From contig OY762428.1 in the NCBI GenBank assembly GCA_963665665.1, forward strand, positions 4,544,001 to 4,608,000: 64,000 nt of DNA, read 5' to 3'. This DNA is from Candidatus Kapaibacterium sp. (lineage in GTDB: Bacteria > Bacteroidota > Ignavibacteria > Kapaibacteriales > UBA2268). The position numbers and the translations under genes were made by a program. Under the pieces are notes generated by a model. That model made no database searches. It was not told the origin of the DNA and saw only the letters and a list, made by a program, of their open reading frames with translations. Within the stretch, counting starts at the first letter, position 1. Every line of letters starts with the position of its first letter. Shown here piece after piece: positions 30,312-39,932 of this stretch.

Positions 30312-30823
30312 TCTGACCCCTACCAAACCCTCCCCGAAGGAGAGGGCTTTGATGGAAAACAAGGCAGCAATGACTTAGAACATCGGTGCATTACCATAGA
30401 CCCTTCCTACCTCCCCCCGGCCCCCTCCTTCAAAAGGAGGGGGAGTTAATTCTATGATATTTAACTTCTTATCCCCTCCTAAAGTAGGAGGGGAATACAG
30501 GGGTAGATTCTTTTTCTTAGCTTCCCTTATCCACGAGATAGAGCACCTGGCTATTGAATTTGATGAAAGCAGGAGGAGTTAATTCTATGATATTTAACTT
30601 CTTATCCCCTCCTAAAGTAGGAGGGGAATACAGGGGTGGATTCTTTTTCTTAGCTTACTTTATCCACGAGATAGAGCACGTGGCTATTGATTTTGCGAGG
30701 GCAGGAATGGGATGTCATACTGAGCGCAGCGAAGTATCCATCTTTGTTTGCCGATAATGTATTAAGAATTGATCCTTCGATTCTCTCAGGATGACATGCT
30801 CTTTCGGAATGCTGTTCAGAAAT

Positions 30824-30849
30824 AAAAAAGCCCCGCAAATAACGGGGCT
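30824..30849 (-). terminator. Intrinsic terminator
   Basis: AGCCCCG/CGGGGCT stem with U-tract on the minus strand. Confidence 0.75.
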
Positions 30850-30874
30850 AAAAAAATTTAAATGAGATGATCAA

Positions 30875-32614
30875 TTATTTAAAAATTGATTTCACTTTCC
30901 CAAGCCTTGTTTTTGCATCTGTTTCTGTTGCAGAGTCGCCTTTGTCGGCAGCAACTTCGGCAAGGAGTTCAAGAGCGTCTTTGCTACGAATATTGTCAAT
31001 TCCAAATTTGGCTATTCCCATATCAAGTGATTTTTTCAAATATTCTATAGCTTTGTCAGCATTTCCTTTTTCTTTCTCGATTCCGCCAAGTATATAATAG
31101 TAATTCTGCCAGAATGGTGAATCGTCCTTGAAACGTTTTGAAAGAATACTCTTTGCTTTATTCAGATTTGTTTCTGCTTTGTCAGCCATGCCCGCTTTCA
31201 TCTGCATTTCCGCAAGGTCAACTATAGGCTCGTATAGTGGTTCTGTATCTGCCGGGTAATGTTTGGCAGCGGCATCAAAAGATTTCTGCGCAAATTCAGC
31301 GGCCTTTTCAGTATTGCCTTCAAAATCATTGATGGAGGCGAGTATGCTGAAAAATCTCACAGATGATTTCTTTTCAGGATTGAGTTCTTTTTCTGTAAGT
31401 AGTTTTCTTATTCTCTCGTTTACTTCTTTCATTTCATCTGTTTTACCATACTCATAATACATCCAGGAAAGGTAGCTCAGGATATAAACACTGCTAACAT
31501 AATCCTCGCCAAAGGATGAATCGTAGGCTTTAACGGTTTTTTCAATAATCGGCAGGGCTTCAACCATTTCTCCCTGAACCATATTATTGGAAATGTAGCG
31601 CAGGTCGTAGCCGGCCCTTGCAATATTTCCTTCCTCCAGCGAATCCAGAGCAATTTTTCTTGCCCTGTCAATCAATCGTTTAGCCTTTTTATAATCCCAT
31701 TTTCTTTCAATTGCCTGGCCAAAATCTAACATCTTCTGTGCTGTCATCAGGCTTTTCCTGCCTTCTTTTCTCTGGGTGATTTTCATGGCATCTTCTCTCA
31801 GGTCGAATGATTCATCCCAGCGGTACTGCTCTTCGTAATATGATGCCAGGCGGGATAAAGCATAAGCATAATCAAGGCTTTTAGGATCGGATTTTTTATA
31901 AATATCCGTGGCTTTTTTCTGTAATTCAATAGCTTTATCGTATTTGCCCATGTCTTCATAAAGGCTTCCGTGAGTCTGAATAACACCGGCATAGGCGGGT
32001 GATTCTGCGCCGTTGGCTTTAAGCTGCATATCAATACACTCTTTAATTTCCTTTTCGGCTTTTTCCCACTGTTTCAATTCGCTGTAAACGTTAGCAAGGC
32101 TTATTTTTGCTGAAGTAACTTTTTCGGTGTCGTCTTTATTGGTTTCAATTGTCAGGTCGTATATCTTTTTGAAAATATCAAGGGCTTCTTTGTACTTTTC
32201 CTGCTGCAGATATATGCTGCCCATAAGAGAATAGGGGCCTGCCAGCCTGTCTTTGTTTTCTTTTACGAAGTGTTCCTCGGCAATTTCAATCATTCTTTTT
32301 ACGTATGGTTCTGCGTTTTCAGGTTGGTCCAGTTGCATGTAAACTAATGTTGCATAATAAAATGCATTTAAGAGCCTTTTGTCATGGCTTGTAAAAAGTT
32401 TTTCAGCGTATTCAACAAGTTCTTTAACCGGTTCAACGGCTTCCTTGAATTTGTTGTTTTGCATTAAAGTTCCAACTTCTTCATACTTTTCCCGAAGGTC
32501 TTTCATGTCGCCATAGCTGACCTGTTTCTGGAACCTGGATAAGTCCTGCTGGGCCGGACTAACATAAAGCATTGTTATTATCAGCAGAATTAAGATTTTT
32601 CCTAATTTCATCAT
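30875..32614 (-). CDS. Exported TPR-repeat protein (long, kinesin-light-chain-type repeats)
   Basis: Signal peptide; ~42-aa repeats such as LANVYSELKQWEKAE and HGSLYEDMGKYDKAI. Confidence 0.85.
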   Translation of the reverse strand: MMKLGKILILLIITMLYVSPAQQDLSRFQKQVSYGDMKDLREKYEEVGTLMQNNKFKEAVEPVKELVEYAEKLFTSHDKRLLNAFYYATLVYMQLDQPENAEPYVKRMIEIAEEHFVKENKDRLAGPYSLMGSIYLQQEKYKEALDIFKKIYDLTIETNKDDTEKVTSAKISLANVYSELKQWEKAEKEIKECIDMQLKANGAESPAYAGVIQTHGSLYEDMGKYDKAIELQKKATDIYKKSDPKSLDYAYALSRLASYYEEQYRWDESFDLREDAMKITQRKEGRKSLMTAQKMLDFGQAIERKWDYKKAKRLIDRARKIALDSLEEGNIARAGYDLRYISNNMVQGEMVEALPIIEKTVKAYDSSFGEDYVSSVYILSYLSWMYYEYGKTDEMKEVNERIRKLLTEKELNPEKKSSVRFFSILASINDFEGNTEKAAEFAQKSFDAAAKHYPADTEPLYEPIVDLAEMQMKAGMADKAETNLNKAKSILSKRFKDDSPFWQNYYYILGGIEKEKGNADKAIEYLKKSLDMGIAKFGIDNIRSKDALELLAEVAADKGDSATETDAKTRLGKVKSIFK

Positions 32615-32815
32615 TACACCCTTGTATATTTTCAAAACACTAATTTTCTATAATAACCGTGAAGCAATAAGATTTTGTTAAAATAAAATCTTACATAATA
32701 ATTTCGAAAACTAAGGAATAAATTGAAAAAATCATAAGTACATTATTAATTTGTTTCAATTTTTTTCCTTATTTTATCGAAATGCAAAGAACAAACACAA
32801 TATAGACGGAATTTT

Positions 32816-33199
32816 ATGAGAAAAAGATACATAATTGGCGGAATAATTATAATTACTTTTCTGATTTTGGCAATTTTATCTTTCGATGAAAGTAAAATTG
32901 AGTATTCCGATATTCCCGGGGCTGTACAGAGTGGAAAAACTGTTCAGATAATAGGCAAATGGGACAAAAGTCTGGATTACAATTATGATGCCGATAATAA
33001 TATATTCTCGTTTTCGATGACAGATGAAAAAAACAATTCAATTCCTGTTGAATTTGCTGGAATGAAACCCAATAATTTCAATACGGCACCCAATGTAGTT
33101 GTAAAAGGAAGAGTGGAAAACGGTGTTTTCCATGCCGACCATATTCTTACCAAGTGCCCTTCAAAATATGAAGGCAGCGCTGAAGAACACCAATATTAA
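32816..33199 (+). CDS. ccmE: Cytochrome c maturation heme chaperone CcmE (CxxxY variant)
   Basis: N-terminal TM, PNNF...VVVKG and ILTKCPSKY; adjacent to ccmF. Confidence 0.92.
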   Translation: MRKRYIIGGIIIITFLILAILSFDESKIEYSDIPGAVQSGKTVQIIGKWDKSLDYNYDADNNIFSFSMTDEKNNSIPVEFAGMKPNNFNTAPNVVVKGRVENGVFHADHILTKCPSKYEGSAEEHQY

Positions 33200-33228
33200 A
33201 ATATTCGAAAAAAATCCGGGGCTTTTAA

Positions 33229-35511
33229 ATGTTTGGTAAAATATTAATCTATGCCTTTTTCGGCACTACTGCTATTTCTTCTTTGCTTTATATTTTTTCT
33301 GGAAAAAATAATAACAATCTGACAAAGGCAGGCAGGTATGCCTATTATGCCTCATTTTTGATTCTGATCTTTACATCGGTTTATTTTCTTTCTAATATAC
33401 TGGCACACAACTTTCAGATGACTTATATCTGGCAGTATTCATCGAAAGAGCTGCCCACGCATCTGCTTGTGTCTACATTTTTTGCCGGGCAGGAAGGTTC
33501 ATTCATGCTGTGGGCGCTTATGGTGGCGTTCATCGGTTTTTTTCTTATTCCCTATGTTAAGAAAAGGGATTACGAAAACCAGGTTATGGGTATTTATGCC
33601 CTGATACTTGCTTTTCTTGCCATTATGCTGATAGCTAAAAGCCCGTTCAATACAATTTGGGAATCATTCCCGGATGATAAAATTGCCCATGATTTTATGC
33701 CCGCAAACGGGCGCGGGCTGAACCCCATACTTGAAAATTTCTGGATGGTGATACATCCGCCAATATTATTTCTCGGTTTTGCCATTATGTCAGTTCCTTA
33801 TGCTTTTGCAATTGCCGGACTGATGAAAAAGGATTATAATGAATGGGTTCGGGTTTCAATGCCCTGGACGCTTGCAGCTGTTGGATTCCTTGGGCTTGGA
33901 ATTGCCCTTGGAGGTTTCTGGAGTTATGAAACCCTTGGCTGGGGCGGATACTGGGCATGGGATCCGGTGGAAAATTCATCGCTGATGCCGTGGATATTAG
34001 CCCTGGCGCTTGTTCATACACTGCTTGTTCAGAACAGGACGGGGGGGCTGGTTAAAACCAATTTCGTACTGACAATATTATCTTTTATATTAGTTCTTTA
34101 TTCAACCTTTTTAACAAGGTCGGGAGTGCTTGGAGACACATCTGTTCATTCATTTGTTGATCCAGGTAAATTTGTTTACTCGATGCTGCTGATTTTCATG
34201 TTGCTTTTCCTGGCTATCGGAGTTGTTCTTCTACTTGTCAGGACAAAGGATATTTCAGCTGGAAAGATTAATTTCAGTGCGAGTTCCCGTGAATTTCTGC
34301 TTTCCCTCGGTTCAATTTTGCTGATATTGATGACTTTACTGGTGTTTGGGGGAACAAGCTGGCCGATAATGGCGGAATTTTTCGGTATGCCCAAAGTAGC
34401 TGTGGATATATCATTTTACAACCAATGGCTGATGCCGCTTGCAGTTGCAATATTAATCCTTAATGCTGCCGCATTATATTTTCGCTGGAAAAATGATGAA
34501 ATAATCGGGGTGATCAGGAAAATCCTACCTGCCACAATTATATCGGTAATAGTAACTTTTGTTTTGTTCTTAAGCGGGATAAATGATTTAACCGGCATAC
34601 TTATAATATTTGCTTCGCTTTTCTCACTTGTTATCAATCTTGATTTTCTGATCAAAAATATTAAAAGAGTAAAGACGATTGGCGCTTTCATGTCTCATGC
34701 CGGCCTTGCGCTGATGATGCTCGGGGTTGTTTTCAGCGGGCCTTACTCTGATTCCGAGGGATTTGTTCTTATCAAAGGCCAGTCGAAAAAGGCATTCGGT
34801 TACAATTTTACATTCGAGGAAAAAGTACAGGTTGAAAAGGAAAAGCAGGACAGGGAAAAGTTCGAATACAGAATAAAAGTTGAAAAAGATGGTGAAAGTG
34901 ATTATGTAAGCCCTGTTTTTTACTGGAGTGATTTTAATAACCGGCAGCAGCCTTTCCTTGAACCGGGAATACAGGAATTCCTGTTTTCTGATATTTATGT
35001 GTCTCCAAGGTCTGCGGAAATGACGCTTGATATACCTACCGTTATGCTGACAAAGGGTATGAAGAAAAATATCCCCGTGGATTCATCAATATCATTACAA
35101 TTAGAACAATTCGATATGTCGAAAGCCCAGGCCATGAATTCCGATAATTCTGTTCTTCTCGGGGCGGTTATGACAATATCAACTCAGGATTCTGTTTTCA
35201 CTGATACTCTGATGACAAATATGGATATGCAGTCAGGGGAATGTACTCCTTCGTGGTATAAAATTAATGACAAGTATGAAGCCGGCTTCATGCAGCTGAT
35301 TCCTAACAGGGAAAATATGGCGCAGTCCGAAGCAGTGTTTGTTTTCCGTGAACCAAATGGAAATGAACCGGCCCCGATTGATATTCTTAGCTTCGAAGTT
35401 TCTGTTAAACCGCTGATATCCTCTGTATGGCTGGGGATGATACTCATTATTGCAGGGTTTTTCTTCTCGATGGCAAAATATCTTGTTAAGAAAAATAATG
35501 AGGAAAATTAA
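33229..35511 (+). CDS. ccmF: Cytochrome c biogenesis heme lyase CcmF
   Basis: AGQEGSFMLW, GLNPILENFWMVIHPP, WGGYWAWDPVENSSL and LTRSG...SVHSF motifs. Confidence 0.95.
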   Translation: MFGKILIYAFFGTTAISSLLYIFSGKNNNNLTKAGRYAYYASFLILIFTSVYFLSNILAHNFQMTYIWQYSSKELPTHLLVSTFFAGQEGSFMLWALMVAFIGFFLIPYVKKRDYENQVMGIYALILAFLAIMLIAKSPFNTIWESFPDDKIAHDFMPANGRGLNPILENFWMVIHPPILFLGFAIMSVPYAFAIAGLMKKDYNEWVRVSMPWTLAAVGFLGLGIALGGFWSYETLGWGGYWAWDPVENSSLMPWILALALVHTLLVQNRTGGLVKTNFVLTILSFILVLYSTFLTRSGVLGDTSVHSFVDPGKFVYSMLLIFMLLFLAIGVVLLLVRTKDISAGKINFSASSREFLLSLGSILLILMTLLVFGGTSWPIMAEFFGMPKVAVDISFYNQWLMPLAVAILILNAAALYFRWKNDEIIGVIRKILPATIISVIVTFVLFLSGINDLTGILIIFASLFSLVINLDFLIKNIKRVKTIGAFMSHAGLALMMLGVVFSGPYSDSEGFVLIKGQSKKAFGYNFTFEEKVQVEKEKQDREKFEYRIKVEKDGESDYVSPVFYWSDFNNRQQPFLEPGIQEFLFSDIYVSPRSAEMTLDIPTVMLTKGMKKNIPVDSSISLQLEQFDMSKAQAMNSDNSVLLGAVMTISTQDSVFTDTLMTNMDMQSGECTPSWYKINDKYEAGFMQLIPNRENMAQSEAVFVFREPNGNEPAPIDILSFEVSVKPLISSVWLGMILIIAGFFFSMAKYLVKKNNEEN

Positions 35512-35655
35512 TATTGCTATAGTGTAATATAAATTAAAGAGTTACAATTTTATTATAGCAGTAGTATCAATAACTTAGAAAATATTATAAAAATAAGATC
35601 TGGAAACTTACGTCAGATGATAAAAAATTTATTAATGTATTTTGAAAGGTTTGAA

Positions 35656-36303
35656 ATGAAATTGACAAAAACACTCTTCCTGATGATCTTTACAATCAGT
35701 TCCGTATTATTAATCCAGTCTTGTTCGGAATCAAGGTCGGAGGATACACGCCCACAGACATCAAATAATGGCGACCTGGCCCTGGCAAGGTTGCATGCAG
35801 ACCCTTCTCCGCTACCACCGGCAGCCCCGGAAAGAAAAGCCAATGTATATCAAATGACTTCCGTTAAAAGCAAAGGCGCTAATATGGCTGCCGATTTTAG
35901 CTGGACGGAAAATGGCAAGAAAATGAGTTTTTCAGAACTTACAAAAGGCAAAGTAGTTTTTGTAAATTTCTGGGGAACATGGTGCCCGCCTTGTCGTAAG
36001 GAAATCCCTGCCATTGTATCGATTGACAAAGAAAGCGGTGATGACCTGGTAATTATTGGAATTGCACTGGAAAAAACAAGAAGTGTAGCCGATGGTATCA
36101 GTAAAGTTACTTCATTTGCAAAATCCCAGGGAATAAATTACAGGAATTTTATTGGCAGCGGTGAGATAATTCAGGCTTATGGCGGTATTCCTGCTGTTCC
36201 AACAACTTTCATAATTGATAAAAAAGGTAAAATTGCAGAAAAGATAGTTGGCGGAAGGTCCAAAGCACAATTCCTTCAGTCAATCAACAGGGCAAAGAAA
36301 TAG
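35656..36303 (+). CDS. TlpA/CcmG-like thiol-disulfide oxidoreductase lipoprotein
   Basis: Lipobox LIQSC; VNFWGTWCPPCRKEIP; cis-Pro VPTTFIID. Confidence 0.9.
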   Translation: MKLTKTLFLMIFTISSVLLIQSCSESRSEDTRPQTSNNGDLALARLHADPSPLPPAAPERKANVYQMTSVKSKGANMAADFSWTENGKKMSFSELTKGKVVFVNFWGTWCPPCRKEIPAIVSIDKESGDDLVIIGIALEKTRSVADGISKVTSFAKSQGINYRNFIGSGEIIQAYGGIPAVPTTFIIDKKGKIAEKIVGGRSKAQFLQSINRAKK

Positions 36304-36331
36304 TTAAAGTTTTAATTTTTTTACAAACACG

Positions 36332-36368
36332 ATCCTTCCGTAATATTTTTTCCGGAAGGATTTTTTTT
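36332..36368 (+). terminator. Intrinsic terminator
   Basis: ATCCTTCCG/CGGAAGGAT stem + T-run. Confidence 0.75.
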
Positions 36369-36509
36369 CAAATTCGGAAATTGTTTACGGGATGAAAGCA
36401 ACGAATTATGAAAAGAAATTAACTGATAAAGGTTTGATATTTAAAAATTATTATGGTATATTTTCAACGGGTAGTAAATATTTTTTGTAATAATCAGGAA
36501 GTAAGGATT

Positions 36510-36773
36510 ATGGCTTTAAATCCTCCGTCGAACTTTAGCTATAGCAGCGTTACGCAAAAAATATCCTGGCCGGCTGTAACCGGCGCGGATGAGTACATTA
36601 TTGAAATCAACTGGGGAAATCCCGACGTATTCTGGCAGATATATTCCGGCTCTGATACAGCTTTCACTTTTGTGCCGCCTGCTGCGATTGCAAGTATCGA
36701 GGTAAAGGGAAAATCAGGTAAATCAGATGAATATTCAGAGTTTACAAATCCTCCGGAAACGATAACTTTTTAG
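36510..36773 (+). CDS. Small stand-alone fibronectin type III-like protein
   Basis: PPSNFS, ISWPAVTGADEYII, IYSGSDTAFT and YSEFT pattern; 87 aa from ATG 36510. Confidence 0.65.
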   Translation: MALNPPSNFSYSSVTQKISWPAVTGADEYIIEINWGNPDVFWQIYSGSDTAFTFVPPAAIASIEVKGKSGKSDEYSEFTNPPETITF

Positions 36774-36833
36774 TTTTAAAAATAATAAACCCAAGCTTCT
36801 TATTCGGAGCCGGGATTAATATATGAAAACAGT

Positions 36834-38045
36834 ATGAGAAATTTAATTATATCAATTTTTGTGTTTGCATTTTGTAATAATCTTTTTGCCGAAAGCGATG
36901 ATTATTATAAAAATATAAATGATGTTGACAGCCTGAACAAAGAAGCAATTCGCCTGGCAAATAATAAAGCGTATGAATCTGCTCTAAACGGTTTCTATAA
37001 AGCGGAAATACTATTTAGGAATAATGGAAATTTAAGAAAAAGGTTTAAAACAATAATTAATATAGCCCGCTGCTTTGATGATATGGGCTATTTTGAAGAA
37101 TCCCAACAATACTGGAATAAAGCAGGCGAACTTTTAGATATGATACATGAAAGAGAACCAAAATTTTATTACTTTAATAATTTTGGTGATTTTTATTGGC
37201 GAAACGGAAAATTTGCTCAGGCTATTGAGAATTATTTATTATCTGAGCAATTTATTGAGAATATTGATCAGAAAAAATCATTCTTACTTGGTATGGCGAC
37301 ATCTTATGCTGATATGCTGAAAACTGAGAAAAGCTTATCTTATTTCTATCAGGTACTATATATACCTGATATAAATGAGAAATACATATTTGAAACTTAC
37401 AGAAATATTGCGGTAGTTCATATTAATAGTAATAATTTTGATTCCAGCTACTATTATCTTAAAACAGCCGAGGCTATGGGTTTTGTTGATTTTGAACTAT
37501 TTAATAATTTAGCAAATACAATGAACAAACTTGGTAAACAGGACAGCGCTTTCATTTATATAAATAAAGCTGATAGTATTGCGCAAAAGTTAAATGCACA
37601 TGAACTGATTGCATATAATGAACTCGTCCGGGCATCGATATATTTTGAGATTAAAGATTATACAAAGGCATTGGAAAGCCTGAAAAAATCTGAAGATTAT
37701 TATATTGAAATACCAAATTACGAGCAGCTGATACAGATAAATGATTTTAGGGAGAAGCTTTCTGCCCATATAGGCAAACCGGACAGTTCTCTTAAATACA
37801 AAAAGATAACCGAAAGATACAGGAGTTTGCAGGATTCATCCGAGAATTCCTTTATCGAATCCAAAAAGAACAGCATAGCGCTTATAAACAAACGCTTAGA
37901 AGACATTGACGAAGAAGTTGAAGAGGCTGAAGCAGGTTTTGGCAGCGGCTATCTTTTACTTTTGTCCGCTTTTGGCTTGGGGCTGATAGTTTTGGGCTTG
38001 TTTGCCTGGTACAGGAGAAGAAAAAATGCACAGAGGAATAAATAA
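36834..38045 (+). CDS. TPR protein with signal peptide and C-terminal membrane anchor
   Basis: TPR units; C-terminal hydrophobic helix followed by WYRRRK. Confidence 0.8.
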   Translation: MRNLIISIFVFAFCNNLFAESDDYYKNINDVDSLNKEAIRLANNKAYESALNGFYKAEILFRNNGNLRKRFKTIINIARCFDDMGYFEESQQYWNKAGELLDMIHEREPKFYYFNNFGDFYWRNGKFAQAIENYLLSEQFIENIDQKKSFLLGMATSYADMLKTEKSLSYFYQVLYIPDINEKYIFETYRNIAVVHINSNNFDSSYYYLKTAEAMGFVDFELFNNLANTMNKLGKQDSAFIYINKADSIAQKLNAHELIAYNELVRASIYFEIKDYTKALESLKKSEDYYIEIPNYEQLIQINDFREKLSAHIGKPDSSLKYKKITERYRSLQDSSENSFIESKKNSIALINKRLEDIDEEVEEAEAGFGSGYLLLLSAFGLGLIVLGLFAWYRRRKNAQRNK

Positions 38046-38060
38046 TAATGGAAGCAAACG

Positions 38061-38294
38061 ATGCCTGTTAGAGCTTTAAAAATTTCCATATTAATCCTGA
38101 TTTCCATTGTGACATCAATTGAAATCCCAGCCCAGGATAATGACTATTTCAAAATTAATGATGTTGATTCTCTCAATTCTGTCGCTCTGGAATTTGCGAG
38201 AAATAAAAGGTATGAGGATGCGTTGAACGGATTTTATCCGGATCATTATCTTGATTTGACATGGTTTGAATATTCAGTACCTTTGCTGTACTGA
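38061..38294 (+). pseudogene. Truncated paralog of the upstream TPR gene
   Basis: DYFKINDVDSLNSVALEFARNKRYEDALNGFY matches DYYKNINDVDSLNKEAIRLANNKAYESALNGFY, then similarity stops. Confidence 0.7.
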
Positions 38295-38525
38295 TATCCC
38301 GGACTGCCATGGAGTGAGTACTTTCCAGGAATAAATCATTCCTGGTTAATCGGTTGGATACCGGGGATCAATCCTGCGGTTTGCAGATTTATTCCTGTCT
38401 AACTTCACTTCGGTGGTCATAATATTGATTTCTTCTCCCTTGCATTTCAAAAAATATCCGTAATTTTACATACTTCTGATGCAATTATTTCGTTGGAAGC
38501 TTGTATGATAAAATGAGAGGAAGAT

Positions 38526-39905
38526 ATGTTTTCTAAAGTAAAAAATATTCACTTTGTCGGTATTGGCGGAATTGGAATGAGCGGCATAGCCGAAATTCTT
38601 CTTAGCCAGGGCTTTAATATCAGCGGTTCCGATATGGCCCGTTCCGAAAATACTGAATACCTTGAAAACCTTGGGGCAAAAGTTTATATCGGCCACCATG
38701 CCGGAAATATTGAAAATGCTGAAGTTGTTGTTTATTCCAGTGCGGTGAAGCCTGATAAAAATGAAGAAACTGTAGCCGCTATGCAGAAGAATATTCCGGT
38801 TATACGCCGCGCTGAAATGCTGGCACAGGTTTCCCGACTGAATTACTGCCTGGCAATTGCCGGTACCCACGGAAAAACAACAACAACTTCGATGCTCGGA
38901 CTTGTATTGATGAAAGCGGGTATTGATCCAACGGTTATTGTTGGCGGCAGGCTGAAAGACCTTGGCGGAACAAACGCCAGGCTTGGAAAAGGCGAATGGA
39001 CAGTCGTCGAGGCCGATGAATACGACCGATCTTTCCTGCAGCTTAGCCCGACAATTGCTGTAATAAATAATATTGAGAGCGACCACTTAGATATATACGA
39101 AGATATTGACGACCTGAAAAGAACTTTTACGGACTTCGGTTCCAAGGTTCCTTTCTATGGTTTTCTTGCCCTCGGGCTGGACGATGTTGGAGTAACCGAG
39201 ATACTATCAGAGTTTAACAAAAATGTTATTACTTTCGGATTGCTGCCGCATTGTGATTTCAGGGCTGATAATATCAGTTATAACAACGGAAAAACAAGCT
39301 GCACTGTTTATGAAAGGGGAGAGGTGCTCGGGGAAATGGAAATTCTGATCCCGGGCGAGCATAATATCAAAAATGCCCTTGCAGCAGTAGCTGTAGCAAG
39401 GAATATGGATATAGAATTTGATATCATTAAATCGGCGTTGGCAGAATTTGGCGGAGTGTTTCGCAGGTTTGAAATCAAAGGGGTTAAGGATGACGTCCTT
39501 GTGATAGATGATTACGCTCACCATCCAACAGAAGTTGCGGCCACGCTTGCAGCAGCCCGCAGGGGATACAGCCGCAGGGTGATATGCTGCTTCCAGCCTC
39601 ATACTTACACCAGAACCAGGGATCTTTACAAGGAATTCGGCAGGTCCTTTTTCGAATCGGATGTTCTTGTTCTTACAGATATTTATCCCGCAAGGGAACT
39701 GCCAATTGAAGGTATCAGCGGGCAGATTATTGCAGACGCAGCCAAAAAGTACGGGCATAGGAATGTTCATTACGTTGAAGATAAGGCTAAGCTCCGGTCA
39801 TATATTTCAACAATAGCCGAACCGGGCGACCTGATAATAACAATGGGCGCCGGCGATATATGGAAGCTTGGCAATGAAATAGTTGAAAACGGATTTATAA
39901 AATAA
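38526..39905 (+). CDS. murC: UDP-N-acetylmuramate--L-alanine ligase
   Basis: HFVGIGGIGMSGIA, GTHGKTTTT, EADEYD, DDYAHHPTE and FQPHTYTRT motifs. Confidence 0.98.
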   Translation: MFSKVKNIHFVGIGGIGMSGIAEILLSQGFNISGSDMARSENTEYLENLGAKVYIGHHAGNIENAEVVVYSSAVKPDKNEETVAAMQKNIPVIRRAEMLAQVSRLNYCLAIAGTHGKTTTTSMLGLVLMKAGIDPTVIVGGRLKDLGGTNARLGKGEWTVVEADEYDRSFLQLSPTIAVINNIESDHLDIYEDIDDLKRTFTDFGSKVPFYGFLALGLDDVGVTEILSEFNKNVITFGLLPHCDFRADNISYNNGKTSCTVYERGEVLGEMEILIPGEHNIKNALAAVAVARNMDIEFDIIKSALAEFGGVFRRFEIKGVKDDVLVIDDYAHHPTEVAATLAAARRGYSRRVICCFQPHTYTRTRDLYKEFGRSFFESDVLVLTDIYPARELPIEGISGQIIADAAKKYGHRNVHYVEDKAKLRSYISTIAEPGDLIITMGAGDIWKLGNEIVENGFIK

Positions 39906-39932
39906 AAAAAGGCGGAATTAATTCCGCCTTTT
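39905..39932. terminator. Bidirectional intrinsic terminator
   Basis: AAAAAAGGCGGAAT TA ATTCCGCCTTTT; the longer U-tract is on the minus strand. Confidence 0.85.

Larger units (their letters stand above)
28910..30795 (+). repeat. Composite repeat element, copy 1 (REP-like hairpin mosaic + core + two 21-bp tandem arrays + REP mosaic)
   Basis: Colinear with the reverse complement of 44478-46418; the 5' part contains a ~295-bp unit twice (from ~28915 and ~29211). Confidence 0.9.

Noticed and set aside
28594-30838. Short ORFs across the REP mosaics (CHTERSE-, PPSPPxGG-type peptides), also at 44502-46456 and 57199-57390
   Set aside because: They are translations of GC-rich palindromes on both strands with no RBS or domain signal; treated as spurious.
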